A stretch of 64,000 nucleotides of DNA from Nanobdellota archaeon (GTDB taxonomy: Archaea > Nanobdellota > Nanobdellia > Pacearchaeales > GW2011-AR1): the NCBI GenBank assembly GCA_030611805.1, contig JAUWPB010000001.1:24765-88764 (forward strand), given 5' to 3'. The notes beneath the pieces were generated by a model that ran no database searches, was not told the origin of the DNA, and was given only the letters and a program-made list of their open reading frames with translations. Every line of letters begins with the position of its first letter. The first letter of the stretch is position 1. Below, piece after piece: positions 19,578 to 29,110 of the stretch. The translations under genes were made by a program, and so were the position numbers.

Positions 19578-19964
19578 ATGGTTTTAAAAATAATCAATGC
19601 AACAGAGGCAAGAGTTGGTACAAATATCCTTCTTGATGGTAAGCCCTATACTATTAAAAAAATTGACATAAGCAAAACAGGTAAGCACGGGCATGCAAAG
19701 TGCAGGATAGAGGCTGTAGGAATAATCAATAAACAAAAAAAAGTTTTTGTTATTCCAGGACATGACCGGCTTGAAATCCCTTTGATAGATAAAAAAAAGG
19801 GTCAGGTTCTTTCAGTTGAGGAAAAGGTTAGTGTCATGGATTTGGAAAGTTTTGAAACAATAGAAATTGATTGCCCGGAAGAAATAAAATCAGAACTTGA
19901 AGAAAATTCTAATGTTGAATACTGGGATATTGAAGGTGTGAAAATAATCAAGAGGAAACTATAA
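19578..19964 (+). CDS. eif5a: Translation factor aIF5A
   Basis: SKTGKHGHAK hypusine motif. Confidence 0.97.
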   Translation: MVLKIINATEARVGTNILLDGKPYTIKKIDISKTGKHGHAKCRIEAVGIINKQKKVFVIPGHDRLEIPLIDKKKGQVLSVEEKVSVMDLESFETIEIDCPEEIKSELEENSNVEYWDIEGVKIIKRKL

Positions 19965-20362
19965 TCCTAAAGTATAACAAAGTTTTAAAAAAAAGCTTTT
20001 AGTATATTAATGCAGGAGTTGTGAAAGAGAGGTTTATCATATAATTCTGAATAAAAATGATATCGGAGAAGGCAAAATTGAAAAAGTTTTATCTAATCTT
20101 CTAAGAAAGGTAATGCGAGAAGGTGCAAAAATTCCAGTTCATTTAAAAAAATTTTTACCAGAAAGCCCGTGTATAGAAAGGTATATTGTAGTAACAAATG
20201 GGGATGGAAATGTTAAATGTAAAGTAGTAAACAAAACATATTTAATAGGGGGCATCGTTTAGTAGAAATAAGTTCTCAAAAATATTCTAATCTGGAGAAG
20301 GATTTGCAAACACAAGGGCTTTGTTAAATAAGTCCTAATTTAAGCCTACTTTTTTAACAGAA

Positions 20363-20911
20363 TTATCTTATGATTTCTTCTTCTCTGAAAATATGGTCTA
20401 AAATATTATACATTAAATGAAAAGAATTTATAATTAGGACAATATTTCTTGAAGAATTCAATGTTTTATTCCCATGAACAAGATTGCTTCTCACCCTATA
20501 AAGAACTTCAATAATTTCTAATAAATTGCTTTTATCATTAATCCTTATGGAAGGTCTTGTTTTTGGTGCAGGAGTCATATCTATTAATGGTTGATTTTCC
20601 AACTCTTTAAATAAAGCTTCTATCCAAACATTACAAGAATCTTTGAATGTTAAAAATAAATCTTGGTAAGTTGAACAAAAAAATTCTCTTTGTTTCCATA
20701 TTCTTGATTCAGTTGGACTCATCAAACCTATCATGGCTTCAAATGGAACCATAACTGAAACAAGACCTACTGCTTTATCATATGCTTCTGGATTAGGATT
20801 TTTCCCTAAACCTTTTTTTAAATTCTGTTTCGCAGACGCTTCAGACATAAATAATTTTATAAGTTCTATCATGTCATTCTCCAAATAAATATTATTTCTT
20901 ATAATTGTCAT
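20363..20911 (-). CDS. HEPN-like domain protein
   Basis: LYRVRSNLVHG fits Rx4H; helical; ATGA-coupled to upstream nuclease. Confidence 0.6.
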   Translation of the reverse strand: MTIIRNNIYLENDMIELIKLFMSEASAKQNLKKGLGKNPNPEAYDKAVGLVSVMVPFEAMIGLMSPTESRIWKQREFFCSTYQDLFLTFKDSCNVWIEALFKELENQPLIDMTPAPKTRPSIRINDKSNLLEIIEVLYRVRSNLVHGNKTLNSSRNIVLIINSFHLMYNILDHIFREEEIIR

Positions 20912-21555
20912 CTTCCTCCACACCACTCACAACTATCTTTAGGACAATCAGAGTTTAATAATTTAATTGCTTTTTTCCATACTTTCTCTGCACTTTCCAC
21001 ATCAACTTTCATCTTAACTAACTCAGTATCAAAGATAACTTCTCCAGTTGCCATAACTTCTTTGGGAATGTAAAACAATAGGAAAAAATAATCTTCTGTT
21101 TTGTATCCGTTCTTTCTTAAAAGAAAATTGTAAATATTTTGTTGTTGTCTGTAATGTTCTGCTGTGTCCTCTTTTAGTGGATAGCCTCGTGTCTTGTAGT
21201 CCAATACAATCAACTTTTTTCCTTTTACAAGGATATTATCAACTGCTCCGTGTAGTTCGTTTCCATCTTTATCTGTAAAAGAAACACCTTTGAAATTGCT
21301 TTGCCAGATTTTTAATTTTTCTTTATCTGTAAATAATTTCATTCCTTTGCATTCCCCATTCTCGCAAATTTCAGGAGGCAATTTTCCTTGTTCCATAAAT
21401 TTATTAAAATGAACTTTTAGAATTTTATCCATTCCATTTGGAAGGCTTGGGAATATTCCTGCTGGTCGTTTCCAAACTTTATGCTGTGCTAACCAAAAAC
21501 AACGAGGACATTCTTTCATTAGATTTAATGTTGAGGGCGATAGTTTGAATGTCAT
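20908..21555 (-). CDS. PD-(D/E)XK nuclease (AddB/Cas4-like)
   Basis: LSPS..CPRCFW, GAVD, LDYKT, QxxIY, C-terminal CEWC. Confidence 0.85.
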   Translation of the reverse strand: MTFKLSPSTLNLMKECPRCFWLAQHKVWKRPAGIFPSLPNGMDKILKVHFNKFMEQGKLPPEICENGECKGMKLFTDKEKLKIWQSNFKGVSFTDKDGNELHGAVDNILVKGKKLIVLDYKTRGYPLKEDTAEHYRQQQNIYNFLLRKNGYKTEDYFFLLFYIPKEVMATGEVIFDTELVKMKVDVESAEKVWKKAIKLLNSDCPKDSCEWCGGR

Positions 21556-21556
21556 T

Positions 21557-22801
21557 TTAATTGAAAATTATTTCTTTTTGCAATAAATTTTCTATTTTCA
21601 TTGAAGAATTATTTAAGTTTTGATTATACTCTTCTAACTTTTCATAATCTTTGACAATTTCTTTAATGTTGTTATTCAATTTTATTATAGAGATTTTAAT
21701 TATATCTAAAATTTTTGTTAATGGAAGAACAGACAAATCTGAACTTGAAACATATTTTAAAAATATTGGTTCTAAATAATACTTTAAAAACATCAAATAA
21801 ATTTTTTCATCTTCTTCTGAATTTATATTCAGTTCTTTTTTTATTTCATCCTTTAATAATAGAAGCATAGCATTAGTATTTGTTGCATAATTTCCTATTG
21901 GAAGATATTCTAATTTTCCAGCGTCCCCCCTCGTGATTATATGTAACCCCTGCTTCATTTTTACCGCATGTATTTTTTCTTCAAAAGGAACTATTCCATG
22001 AATATTTCTAAATGAACCTGATAAAACATTAATTTTTTCTTTTGAATTTACTAATCCTTGGCTTCTCTTATATATTCCCTCTTCACTTAATGCATCATTT
22101 CTACTGACATATTTTAAAAAATATGAAAGCATCTTTTCAGATTCAAATTGGTTATCAAACTCAAAAGATTTCTCCTTTATTTTTTTTATAACTTCAATTT
22201 TTTTCCTTAAGTTATTTTTTAGATGATATACTCTTTCATATAATTCTAATTGTTTTTTCTGTATTTTTATCTCTGGAACCTCTAAATCTACTTCATTAAT
22301 GATTTTTAACGGAATGGTGGATAACCCTTCTCGATTCACTAAATTACTAAATAATGGATTAAATCTCATATAAAACCATTTTAAATCTAAACCATCAAAA
22401 TTAGAATATTTTAATTTTATTTTAGAATCTTCTTGTTTAAAGAATGTAAAAATTGAGGTAGTTAAGCTAAACAAGGGGTATTTTTCAGAACTTCTATAAG
22501 ATAATTTTCCCGCATTACCACATCTAATCATAGTTATACATCCTTCTTTATTTATGAAATATCTTATTTTATTCTTCTCAATATAATGATTTTTTTCTTT
22601 AATATCTTCTGGAGTTAGAAAATTTGGGACAAAACCAAATAATCCTTCTTTAGAATCTGACCCAGATAGGACAGAAATTTTCTCGAATTTTTCTAAATAT
22701 GGCAAAAATTTGTATGTTTCTCTTTCTGTTAATTCAGGCATATTTTTAGTATTGGCTCCTCGAAAAGGGGTAAACATATCTTTAAATTTGATAATTTCCA
22801 T
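21557..22801 (-). CDS. R-M specificity (S) subunit-like protein
   Basis: Two repeated halves (IRCGNAGKL / TRGDAGKL), VPEIKIQKKQ spacer; follows MTase. Confidence 0.7.
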   Translation of the reverse strand: MEIIKFKDMFTPFRGANTKNMPELTERETYKFLPYLEKFEKISVLSGSDSKEGLFGFVPNFLTPEDIKEKNHYIEKNKIRYFINKEGCITMIRCGNAGKLSYRSSEKYPLFSLTTSIFTFFKQEDSKIKLKYSNFDGLDLKWFYMRFNPLFSNLVNREGLSTIPLKIINEVDLEVPEIKIQKKQLELYERVYHLKNNLRKKIEVIKKIKEKSFEFDNQFESEKMLSYFLKYVSRNDALSEEGIYKRSQGLVNSKEKINVLSGSFRNIHGIVPFEEKIHAVKMKQGLHIITRGDAGKLEYLPIGNYATNTNAMLLLLKDEIKKELNINSEEDEKIYLMFLKYYLEPIFLKYVSSSDLSVLPLTKILDIIKISIIKLNNNIKEIVKDYEKLEEYNQNLNNSSMKIENLLQKEIIFN

Positions 22802-22802
22802 T

Positions 22803-24803
22803 TTAAGACCCTATTATTTTTTTTAATTCTTCTTCTAATTCTTTTTTGGTGATATATCTTGGTTCGTATGGTCTTAACCAATACTCTGGTAACAAGTTGA
22901 AATAATTTTCTTTAAATAAATTCTTAATTGGAAGAAACATTACTTTCTTCATCTTTACTTCTTCCCCCTTTTCCGTAATCCATGTTACAAATTTTCCATC
23001 ATCATCGTGACCTAACCATCCTCCTTCTAATATTCCTTCTTTCTCTTCACCTTTTGTATTAACCCAACCAGAAATTTCATCATGCAACCAACCATTCCTA
23101 TTATTTCTTAATTTAGTTGGAAATCTTTTATCGGAATTAGCTAACCCATCATTGTCAATAATGTAAATCCAAATCGGATTTTTTTGTTTCTTTGTTTCAT
23201 TTTCACTTCTTTTAGTAAAAAATAAAGCATAAGTTTTTTCTTTAGTATATGGTGCAAAAGCAAATTTTGGTAGAGAAACGATTGCATTAATTTCACATCT
23301 TCCTAAAAGCCATTTTCTAAGAACTCCAAAAGTTGGATTTTCTAAAACACCATCTGGAAGAATTATACATGCTTTACCCCCAATTTTTAATAAATCTAAT
23401 ACCTTACAAAGAAATGCTATTTCTGTTCTATTTGAACTAATTGCATCTGTATTTGCTTTTATTGTTCCATTACCATATGGGGGATTAGTAATAATGTAAT
23501 CGTATTTTTCATTCTTCCATTTTTGTTTTGGTCTCAAGGTATTATCAACAAACATATTAGTATGTCCATCTCCCACAAGAAACATATTCAATTTAGTTCT
23601 TTGGATGTTCTCCTCTCTGACATCTACACCATAAAAACATTCCTTAGAAAGAAATTTTATTGCATCCTTATCTAAAGTTTTACTTACTTCATAATTATTT
23701 TTTAATACTTTAAAACTCTCAGTCAAGAATCCACCTGTTCCACAAGCCAAGTCAAGAATTTTAAATCTCCTATCTTTATTATAAACGATTTCCCCTTTTA
23801 ATAATAGTTTAGAAAATATGTGTGTGTAATGTCTCCTTGTAAAATACTCTCCAAAATCTTTTTTCTCTTTACTTGAGGCGAACATTTCATAAACTGCACC
23901 AAATAAATCAAAACCAGTTCCATGTAAGGGACCCATAGAAGTTATAACATCATATATTTGTTTAACATCAACTTTATCAATTAAAGGATTTTTTCCTGCT
24001 TCTCCAGAGATGTTAACCTTAACAGTTTCCATTAAATCTTTAAATTCGGTGAAGTTAGTTTCTCTCTCAAGTCTTCCAATATACTCAGACAAATTTGCTA
24101 CAATCTTACTTTCATTTTCATCGGAACACTCTGTCCAATAAATCTTAGTTCTATCTTTTTTTGTTTCTATTTGTTCTTTCTCTTCAAAAAATTTGAGTGA
24201 AACAAACCCAATTGTAAAATCAATCTTTTCTTGATTATTCTTGAAATTAATATTCCTATAAATGGTTGCTAATTCCCATAATTTCTTATTAAAAATGGCT
24301 TCAGAAATAGCCGATAGTGAATCAACATTGGTTCTTATGTTATCAAGAAATTTATCTTTATCTAATCTATTTTTAATTAAACGAAATATATCTATTGTTT
24401 GAAATTCTCTTATTGGATTATTATTTAACTTTATTTCTTTCCCTGTTGTAGAATTATAGAAGATGGTTGTTTTACAATTTGTAACAATAAAATAAGGTAG
24501 TTTTAATTTTTTAGATTTTCTCTCTCCTTGGTTTATTGCATCTTTCCATTCCGTATCTCCTACTGAACAGTTATCCTTTACTTCAGAATAAGCAACCAAA
24601 TTTTCTACGAATTGTTTTTGATTATTAGTTTCTTGGTCAAATTCAAATTCTGAAATTAATAGGTCTGGTCTCTTAAAGTCTGTGTACTCTGAAAAGGTTG
24701 TGTCATTGACTATTTGTCTTAAAGGAATACTTAACTGCCCAACTAAAATATCATGGATTAATCTTGTTACTGTTAAGGCTTCTCTCCTTGTCTTCTTTAC
24801 CAT
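22803..24803 (-). CDS. Fused restriction endonuclease / N6-adenine methyltransferase (Type IIB/IIG-like)
   Basis: N-terminal RPD...EVK nuclease motif; GEYFT, LDLACGTGGFL (motif I), NPPY (motif IV). Confidence 0.88.
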   Translation of the reverse strand: MVKKTRREALTVTRLIHDILVGQLSIPLRQIVNDTTFSEYTDFKRPDLLISEFEFDQETNNQKQFVENLVAYSEVKDNCSVGDTEWKDAINQGERKSKKLKLPYFIVTNCKTTIFYNSTTGKEIKLNNNPIREFQTIDIFRLIKNRLDKDKFLDNIRTNVDSLSAISEAIFNKKLWELATIYRNINFKNNQEKIDFTIGFVSLKFFEEKEQIETKKDRTKIYWTECSDENESKIVANLSEYIGRLERETNFTEFKDLMETVKVNISGEAGKNPLIDKVDVKQIYDVITSMGPLHGTGFDLFGAVYEMFASSKEKKDFGEYFTRRHYTHIFSKLLLKGEIVYNKDRRFKILDLACGTGGFLTESFKVLKNNYEVSKTLDKDAIKFLSKECFYGVDVREENIQRTKLNMFLVGDGHTNMFVDNTLRPKQKWKNEKYDYIITNPPYGNGTIKANTDAISSNRTEIAFLCKVLDLLKIGGKACIILPDGVLENPTFGVLRKWLLGRCEINAIVSLPKFAFAPYTKEKTYALFFTKRSENETKKQKNPIWIYIIDNDGLANSDKRFPTKLRNNRNGWLHDEISGWVNTKGEEKEGILEGGWLGHDDDGKFVTWITEKGEEVKMKKVMFLPIKNLFKENYFNLLPEYWLRPYEPRYITKKELEEELKKIIGS

Positions 24804-24880
24804 ATTATAATTAGAATCATTAAGGGTATTTAAATTGCGTGGTTTCATATTTTTACTTTTAGGAGGTAACAAAAATCCTT

Positions 24881-26110
24881 TCATTCTTCCACTTCCTTTT
24901 CTATAATAAACTCTCCTCTAATACCCAACTCATTCACTTCTTGAATCACAACACAAATATTATGGCAGAGAACTTTCAAAAGTAATTCATTGATTTGTGC
25001 TTGTTTAATTTTGCTACGAAGATTATCTTTAAATTTAGTTTTAATCATATGAAAAACAGTTTCTACATTACTTCTTTTATGATAATATTTTTTAAAATCT
25101 TCATTCTTATACATAAAATAATAATACATTTTTTTCCAAATTGGTGAACCTCCTGCTTTACCAGTTACATTTTTCTTGAATGGAATGTAGGGAACAGCAC
25201 CTACATTGCTGATAAGCTCTAAGTTCTTTTTTGAACTATAAGCTTTGTCACAACAAACATCACCCATCTTAAATTGCTTAGCTGTTTCATTGACAAGTTT
25301 AGTTAGTTGAGGACTATCATTTTCGTGACCATCTGTAATTTCTGCACTTGTAATAATGTTTGTTTTATTTCCACAAATAATATGGGCTTTCATCCATAAT
25401 CTGTATTTATTTTTTTTACCCCATTTATAATCAAAATATCTTGCAAATCTACAAGTTGAAAAACCAGAGCTATCTGCAGAGAAAGAAGATTCAACAGAAC
25501 TTAGAGGAGAAGAACTAAGTTTAATCAATTCTTTCAAAATTTTTGTTAGTTCTTTTTTTTGCATAAAATTGCTAATGGTGGGATAAGTGCAAACATTCTC
25601 AACTAAACCCATTTCTTTAGCAATTTTCATATCTGACATAAATCTTCTTAATGAAAAAGTAGAATAAACTTTTAATGCAGATGCAAAAACCATTTCTGAA
25701 AAGGGTAATGTTGGTCTACCAAATTTATATTCTGGTTGTTCAATATTTTTACATAATTCTTTTAAAAGTTTTAAGAAAAATAGCTTTTCATTTGTTTGGG
25801 CATTATCATAAGCTTTCCATTTCTGAGAATATCCTATTCTTACTCTCTTTGTTTGAGATATATTTCCCTCTATGTCTATCGTTCTTTGAATAAATAATTC
25901 TACAGCTATTATGTGTTTGCATCTTCCGTGTCGTATCCTACAATCCAGACAATTACATTGTGGTTTATGTCCATTAAAATAAACCTCATAAAAACCTTTA
26001 CCAGATTGAGAAGGAACTCTCCATTTATCTTCAAGCTTTTTTATTTTTAAGTCTTTGGATATTAATTCTCCTCGTTTGTATCGTGTCAATTTCTTCCAGT
26101 TTGTTTTCAT
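24881..26110 (-). CDS. DDE transposase with N-terminal SWIM zinc finger (IS4/IS5-like)
   Basis: CNCLDC...CKH; ADSSG, CDKAY, YHKRSNVETVF; start moved to MKTNW. Confidence 0.9.
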   Translation of the reverse strand: MKTNWKKLTRYKRGELISKDLKIKKLEDKWRVPSQSGKGFYEVYFNGHKPQCNCLDCRIRHGRCKHIIAVELFIQRTIDIEGNISQTKRVRIGYSQKWKAYDNAQTNEKLFFLKLLKELCKNIEQPEYKFGRPTLPFSEMVFASALKVYSTFSLRRFMSDMKIAKEMGLVENVCTYPTISNFMQKKELTKILKELIKLSSSPLSSVESSFSADSSGFSTCRFARYFDYKWGKKNKYRLWMKAHIICGNKTNIITSAEITDGHENDSPQLTKLVNETAKQFKMGDVCCDKAYSSKKNLELISNVGAVPYIPFKKNVTGKAGGSPIWKKMYYYFMYKNEDFKKYYHKRSNVETVFHMIKTKFKDNLRSKIKQAQINELLLKVLCHNICVVIQEVNELGIRGEFIIEKEVEE

Positions 26111-26117
26111 AGTATAT

Positions 26118-26154
26118 TCAGGTACCACCTGTTTATATATCTTTCGGTACCTTA
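26118..26154 (-). promoter_or_regulatory. Transposase promoter: TATA box between two GGTACC palindromes
   Basis: Minus strand TAAGGTACCGA-aagaTATATAAAcagg-TGGTACCTGA, ending 7 nt before the ATG. Confidence 0.7.
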
Positions 26155-26227
26155 AAGAGAATAGAAAAGCTTATAAATTAACCAGAAGTTATCTAAATAG
26201 ATAAGATATAGATAACATTCAGTTAAA

Positions 26228-26413
26228 ATGGAAAAAAAAGAAAATATCAATGTGAAGCTCACAATCGAACAAAAAGAAATATTAACAAGCTTAATTGGAC
26301 CTATGGGTAGTAGTGAGCCAGAGGTTTTAAGAAGTATTTTTTTAGCATGGTTATCTGAACAAAGGATACTTTCAGAAATAATTAAAAAAAAGATAATTAA
26401 CAAAAATGGATGA
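26228..26413 (+). CDS. CopG/RHH-like small regulator
   Basis: INVKLT strand plus two helices (GSSEPEVLRSI). Confidence 0.6.
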   Translation: MEKKENINVKLTIEQKEILTSLIGPMGSSEPEVLRSIFLAWLSEQRILSEIIKKKIINKNG

Positions 26414-26960
26414 AGCTGAACTTGTAGAAAGAAATATGATTTTGTTACTTGGAGCAAAAGAAAGAGCTATCCCTTCTGACCTCCATCTACAAAAGGAGAT
26501 TTTCCTCCTTTCAAATTTTAAAGAAGGAATTTCAGATATTTTCAATTTTCAAAAACATTATCTTGGTCCTTATTCTCAAGTTTTAGATGAATCTCTAAAA
26601 AATCCTGCATATTTTCCAAAAGCATTTGATTTTGATTACAACAAAATTTCATTATCTAAAGATGGTAAAAAAGAATTTTCAAATATGATTAAAAAATTTT
26701 CAAAAGAAAAAAACTTTCAAATTCTTTTTTATTCGCTTAAACTTTTAAGAGATTTATATGATAAACTTACTAAAGAGGAATTAATGTTTCTTATCTATGA
26801 AACATATCCAACATATACAGAATTTTCACAAGTATCTAATAAATTGACTAAAAATGAATTTACACGAAGCAAATTATTAAATAGTATCCTTTCTAAAGGA
26901 TTAATTACCCAAGAAAGATACGAGGAATTAAAAAATGCAAAAAGAAAAATTAATACCTGA
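26406..26960 (+). CDS. Winged-helix hypothetical protein (antitoxin-like)
   Basis: LQKEIFLL...F..HYLGPYS pattern; family is inference. Confidence 0.55.
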   Translation: MDEAELVERNMILLLGAKERAIPSDLHLQKEIFLLSNFKEGISDIFNFQKHYLGPYSQVLDESLKNPAYFPKAFDFDYNKISLSKDGKKEFSNMIKKFSKEKNFQILFYSLKLLRDLYDKLTKEELMFLIYETYPTYTEFSQVSNKLTKNEFTRSKLLNSILSKGLITQERYEELKNAKRKINT

Positions 26961-27459
26961 CACCTCTTTTTTTTCATTCTTCTTGTATAACACTCAAGAA
27001 CAAGAATCTTTAAAGAAAATTTTAAAAGAGTTTTATGTAGAAGTATGCCCCAAGGTTCATAAAGAAATTAATAATTATGTTCCTGAAGATATTGAAAAAG
27101 AATTACATTTTTTCAACGATGAATTAGACTTTTCTGGATTGCTGAAACCACTTTTTTCAGAAGAACAAATAGAAAAAGGAGAACATGGGGTGATTGTATT
27201 AGCTTATTTTAATTATAATCTTGGAATTAAAGAATTTATAATCGTCCTCGATGACAAAGGAGCAAGAAGTTTTATGAAAAATAATTTTTCATATCTTGAA
27301 ATTCTTACTAAATGGACTGCAGAATTTATAAAATATTGTTATCCCAAAATATTTAATAAAGAACAAATATTAGATTTGTTAGATAAAATGGATAAATCAA
27401 CCTTTGCTATTGATAAGGATTCACTAAATAAAATCATTCAGGAAATCCAAAATGAGTGA
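26935..27459 (+). CDS. PIN-domain protein
   Basis: IPDTS, VHKE, GE, LDDKGAR acidic PIN residues. Confidence 0.7.
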   Translation: MQKEKLIPDTSFFSFFLYNTQEQESLKKILKEFYVEVCPKVHKEINNYVPEDIEKELHFFNDELDFSGLLKPLFSEEQIEKGEHGVIVLAYFNYNLGIKEFIIVLDDKGARSFMKNNFSYLEILTKWTAEFIKYCYPKIFNKEQILDLLDKMDKSTFAIDKDSLNKIIQEIQNE

Positions 27460-28621
27460 TATTAATATTATTGAAACCATCCAAGATAAAAACTCTTTTT
27501 TTAATATAAAAAGATTCTCCCTTAAAAATCTTGGAAAAGATTTTTCTATCAAAACAATGGATATAAATAATATAACTAAAAAAATTTTTGAGGACAGTAA
27601 GATAATAAAAAATAAAAATATTATATTTGAGAAGAGTAAAATAATAAAAGATTTTAAAAATATAAAAGGGGTTATGGATGAAAGTAATGACTCTAAAATA
27701 AATGATTTTTTTGGTAGGAAAGCTTGGTTAGATGATAAATTTACATTATTCCATGCAACATTGAAATTTAATCCTTATAATTATATAAAAAAAGTTGATG
27801 AAATAAGTGGTTTCTTAAATTATTATTATTCTCATTCTAAATATCTCGTTTTGATTCCTAATGTTTTAAAACATTTCACTCCATATGATGAAGAAGGGAG
27901 GGCATCAAAGACAAAGACAGAAGTTATTTCTATAAATCATTACATAAAGTTAATAGATGAATTATATGAATTTTTTGAACAGATGAATAATAAACCCATC
28001 TTTGTCCCACTCTCACTAAAATTATCAATGAATGAATTAACAGAATTAGTGAGACACTATCTAAAAAAAGAAAGATTTTATTTTTGGATAGATTTTGAAT
28101 CTGCACCTGCTAATTTATCTAATGCTACTCTTGGGGGTAAGATTGGTCAGATTAATCGTTTATTAAGAAATTCTAAACAATTTGATAAAATGATTCTCCT
28201 CGCCACAAATATCAAGAGAGAAATAATCTCCAATTCCAAAGATAATAAAAGCCCTGCCTCTGATATTTTAACCACATTATGTGGTGCTAACATTGTTGGT
28301 GTTGATAGAGACCCTGCAAGGATGTTTAAAATAAAGGAAGGAGAAAAACAAAAGATTATAGAACATAAATCAAGACTTTTTAATGAGCAAACATATTATT
28401 ATAATATAAGGAAAGAACAGAAACCAAACAAGCCTCTTAATGTTACTATAAATTCAGTTAAACTATCAACTGAATTTGATAATCAAAAAAAGAATTTCTT
28501 AAAAGAATCTGGAATTTCAGATTACTTAAAAACAAAAGATATGCTAAAAAATTATTTGGGGGGAAAGATATTAAGGTCTCTACAACCAAGTATAAAAGAG
28601 TTCCAAAAAAAACTTTTCTAA
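27452..28621 (+). CDS. Hypothetical protein, possible alpha/beta barrel
   Basis: 389 aa, overlaps PIN gene; no family recognised with confidence. Confidence 0.6.
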   Translation: MSDINIIETIQDKNSFFNIKRFSLKNLGKDFSIKTMDINNITKKIFEDSKIIKNKNIIFEKSKIIKDFKNIKGVMDESNDSKINDFFGRKAWLDDKFTLFHATLKFNPYNYIKKVDEISGFLNYYYSHSKYLVLIPNVLKHFTPYDEEGRASKTKTEVISINHYIKLIDELYEFFEQMNNKPIFVPLSLKLSMNELTELVRHYLKKERFYFWIDFESAPANLSNATLGGKIGQINRLLRNSKQFDKMILLATNIKREIISNSKDNKSPASDILTTLCGANIVGVDRDPARMFKIKEGEKQKIIEHKSRLFNEQTYYYNIRKEQKPNKPLNVTINSVKLSTEFDNQKKNFLKESGISDYLKTKDMLKNYLGGKILRSLQPSIKEFQKKLF

Positions 28622-28622
28622 A

Positions 28623-28781
28623 TTATCCTTTTGTCAAATAAATTTTATCCTTCTCTGCTTCAGCTTTAAGTTGCTTACCTTCTAATTTTGATTTCTCCAC
28701 AGCTTCCTTAGGCAAAGTCACAATATATTTGTAATACTTAGTATCCTTCACCTTTTTTGACAATACCTTAATAATCTTCAT
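28623..28781 (-). CDS. Small AbrB/MazE-like DNA-binding protein (52 aa); not in ORF track
   Basis: MKIIKVLSKKVKDTKYYKYIVTLPKEAVEKSKLEGKQLKAEAEKDKIYLTKG; xTLPK swapped-hairpin pattern. Confidence 0.6.
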   Translation of the reverse strand: MKIIKVLSKKVKDTKYYKYIVTLPKEAVEKSKLEGKQLKAEAEKDKIYLTKG

Positions 28782-28788
28782 AAAATAA

Positions 28789-28825
28789 TAAGGTACCGAT
28801 TATTTATAAAGCTTATGGTACCTGA
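28789..28825 (-). promoter_or_regulatory. Second operator/TATA copy upstream of AbrB-like gene
   Basis: Plus strand TAAGGTACCGA-ttatttataaagctta-TGGTACCTGA; same arms and 16-nt spacer as 26118-26154. Confidence 0.7.
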
Positions 28826-28861
28826 AGGAAGAAATATAAGTAATGAAAAACATATGTTAAA

Positions 28862-29110
28862 ATGAGAAAATCAATATCAAAAAGTTTTGGAAGAGCTAAG
28901 TTTAAGGTAGGAATAAGTAAAACATTAAGCCCATATGCTATGGTAAGACTTAAGATTTCTAAAAATACTTCTGCTTCTGCCGATACAGGATTTAAAGGAA
29001 ATAGAATAAGAGTTAGTGCATGGAAAGATAATCTCAAGGCTACATTAGAACATAATAAAACTACAAAACAGACTAAAATAAAAGTTGATAATAAAAAAGC
29101 ACACTATTAG
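28862..29110 (+). CDS. Small very basic hypothetical protein at transposon end
   Basis: 82 aa, K/R/S-rich. Confidence 0.5.
   Translation: MRKSISKSFGRAKFKVGISKTLSPYAMVRLKISKNTSASADTGFKGNRIRVSAWKDNLKATLEHNKTTKQTKIKVDNKKAHY

Noticed and set aside
20010-20300. Possible gene next to the left TIR
   Set aside because: Only short broken frames without a clear start; at most a remnant.
20908-21555. CRISPR Cas4 / CRISPR locus
   Set aside because: No cas1/cas2 and no regularly spaced repeat array seen in the window; treated as a solo PD-(D/E)XK nuclease.
26118-28825. GGTACC 37-mers as transposon termini
   Set aside because: They exclude the transposase, have no flanking TSD and overlap TATA boxes; true ends are at 20317 and 29145.
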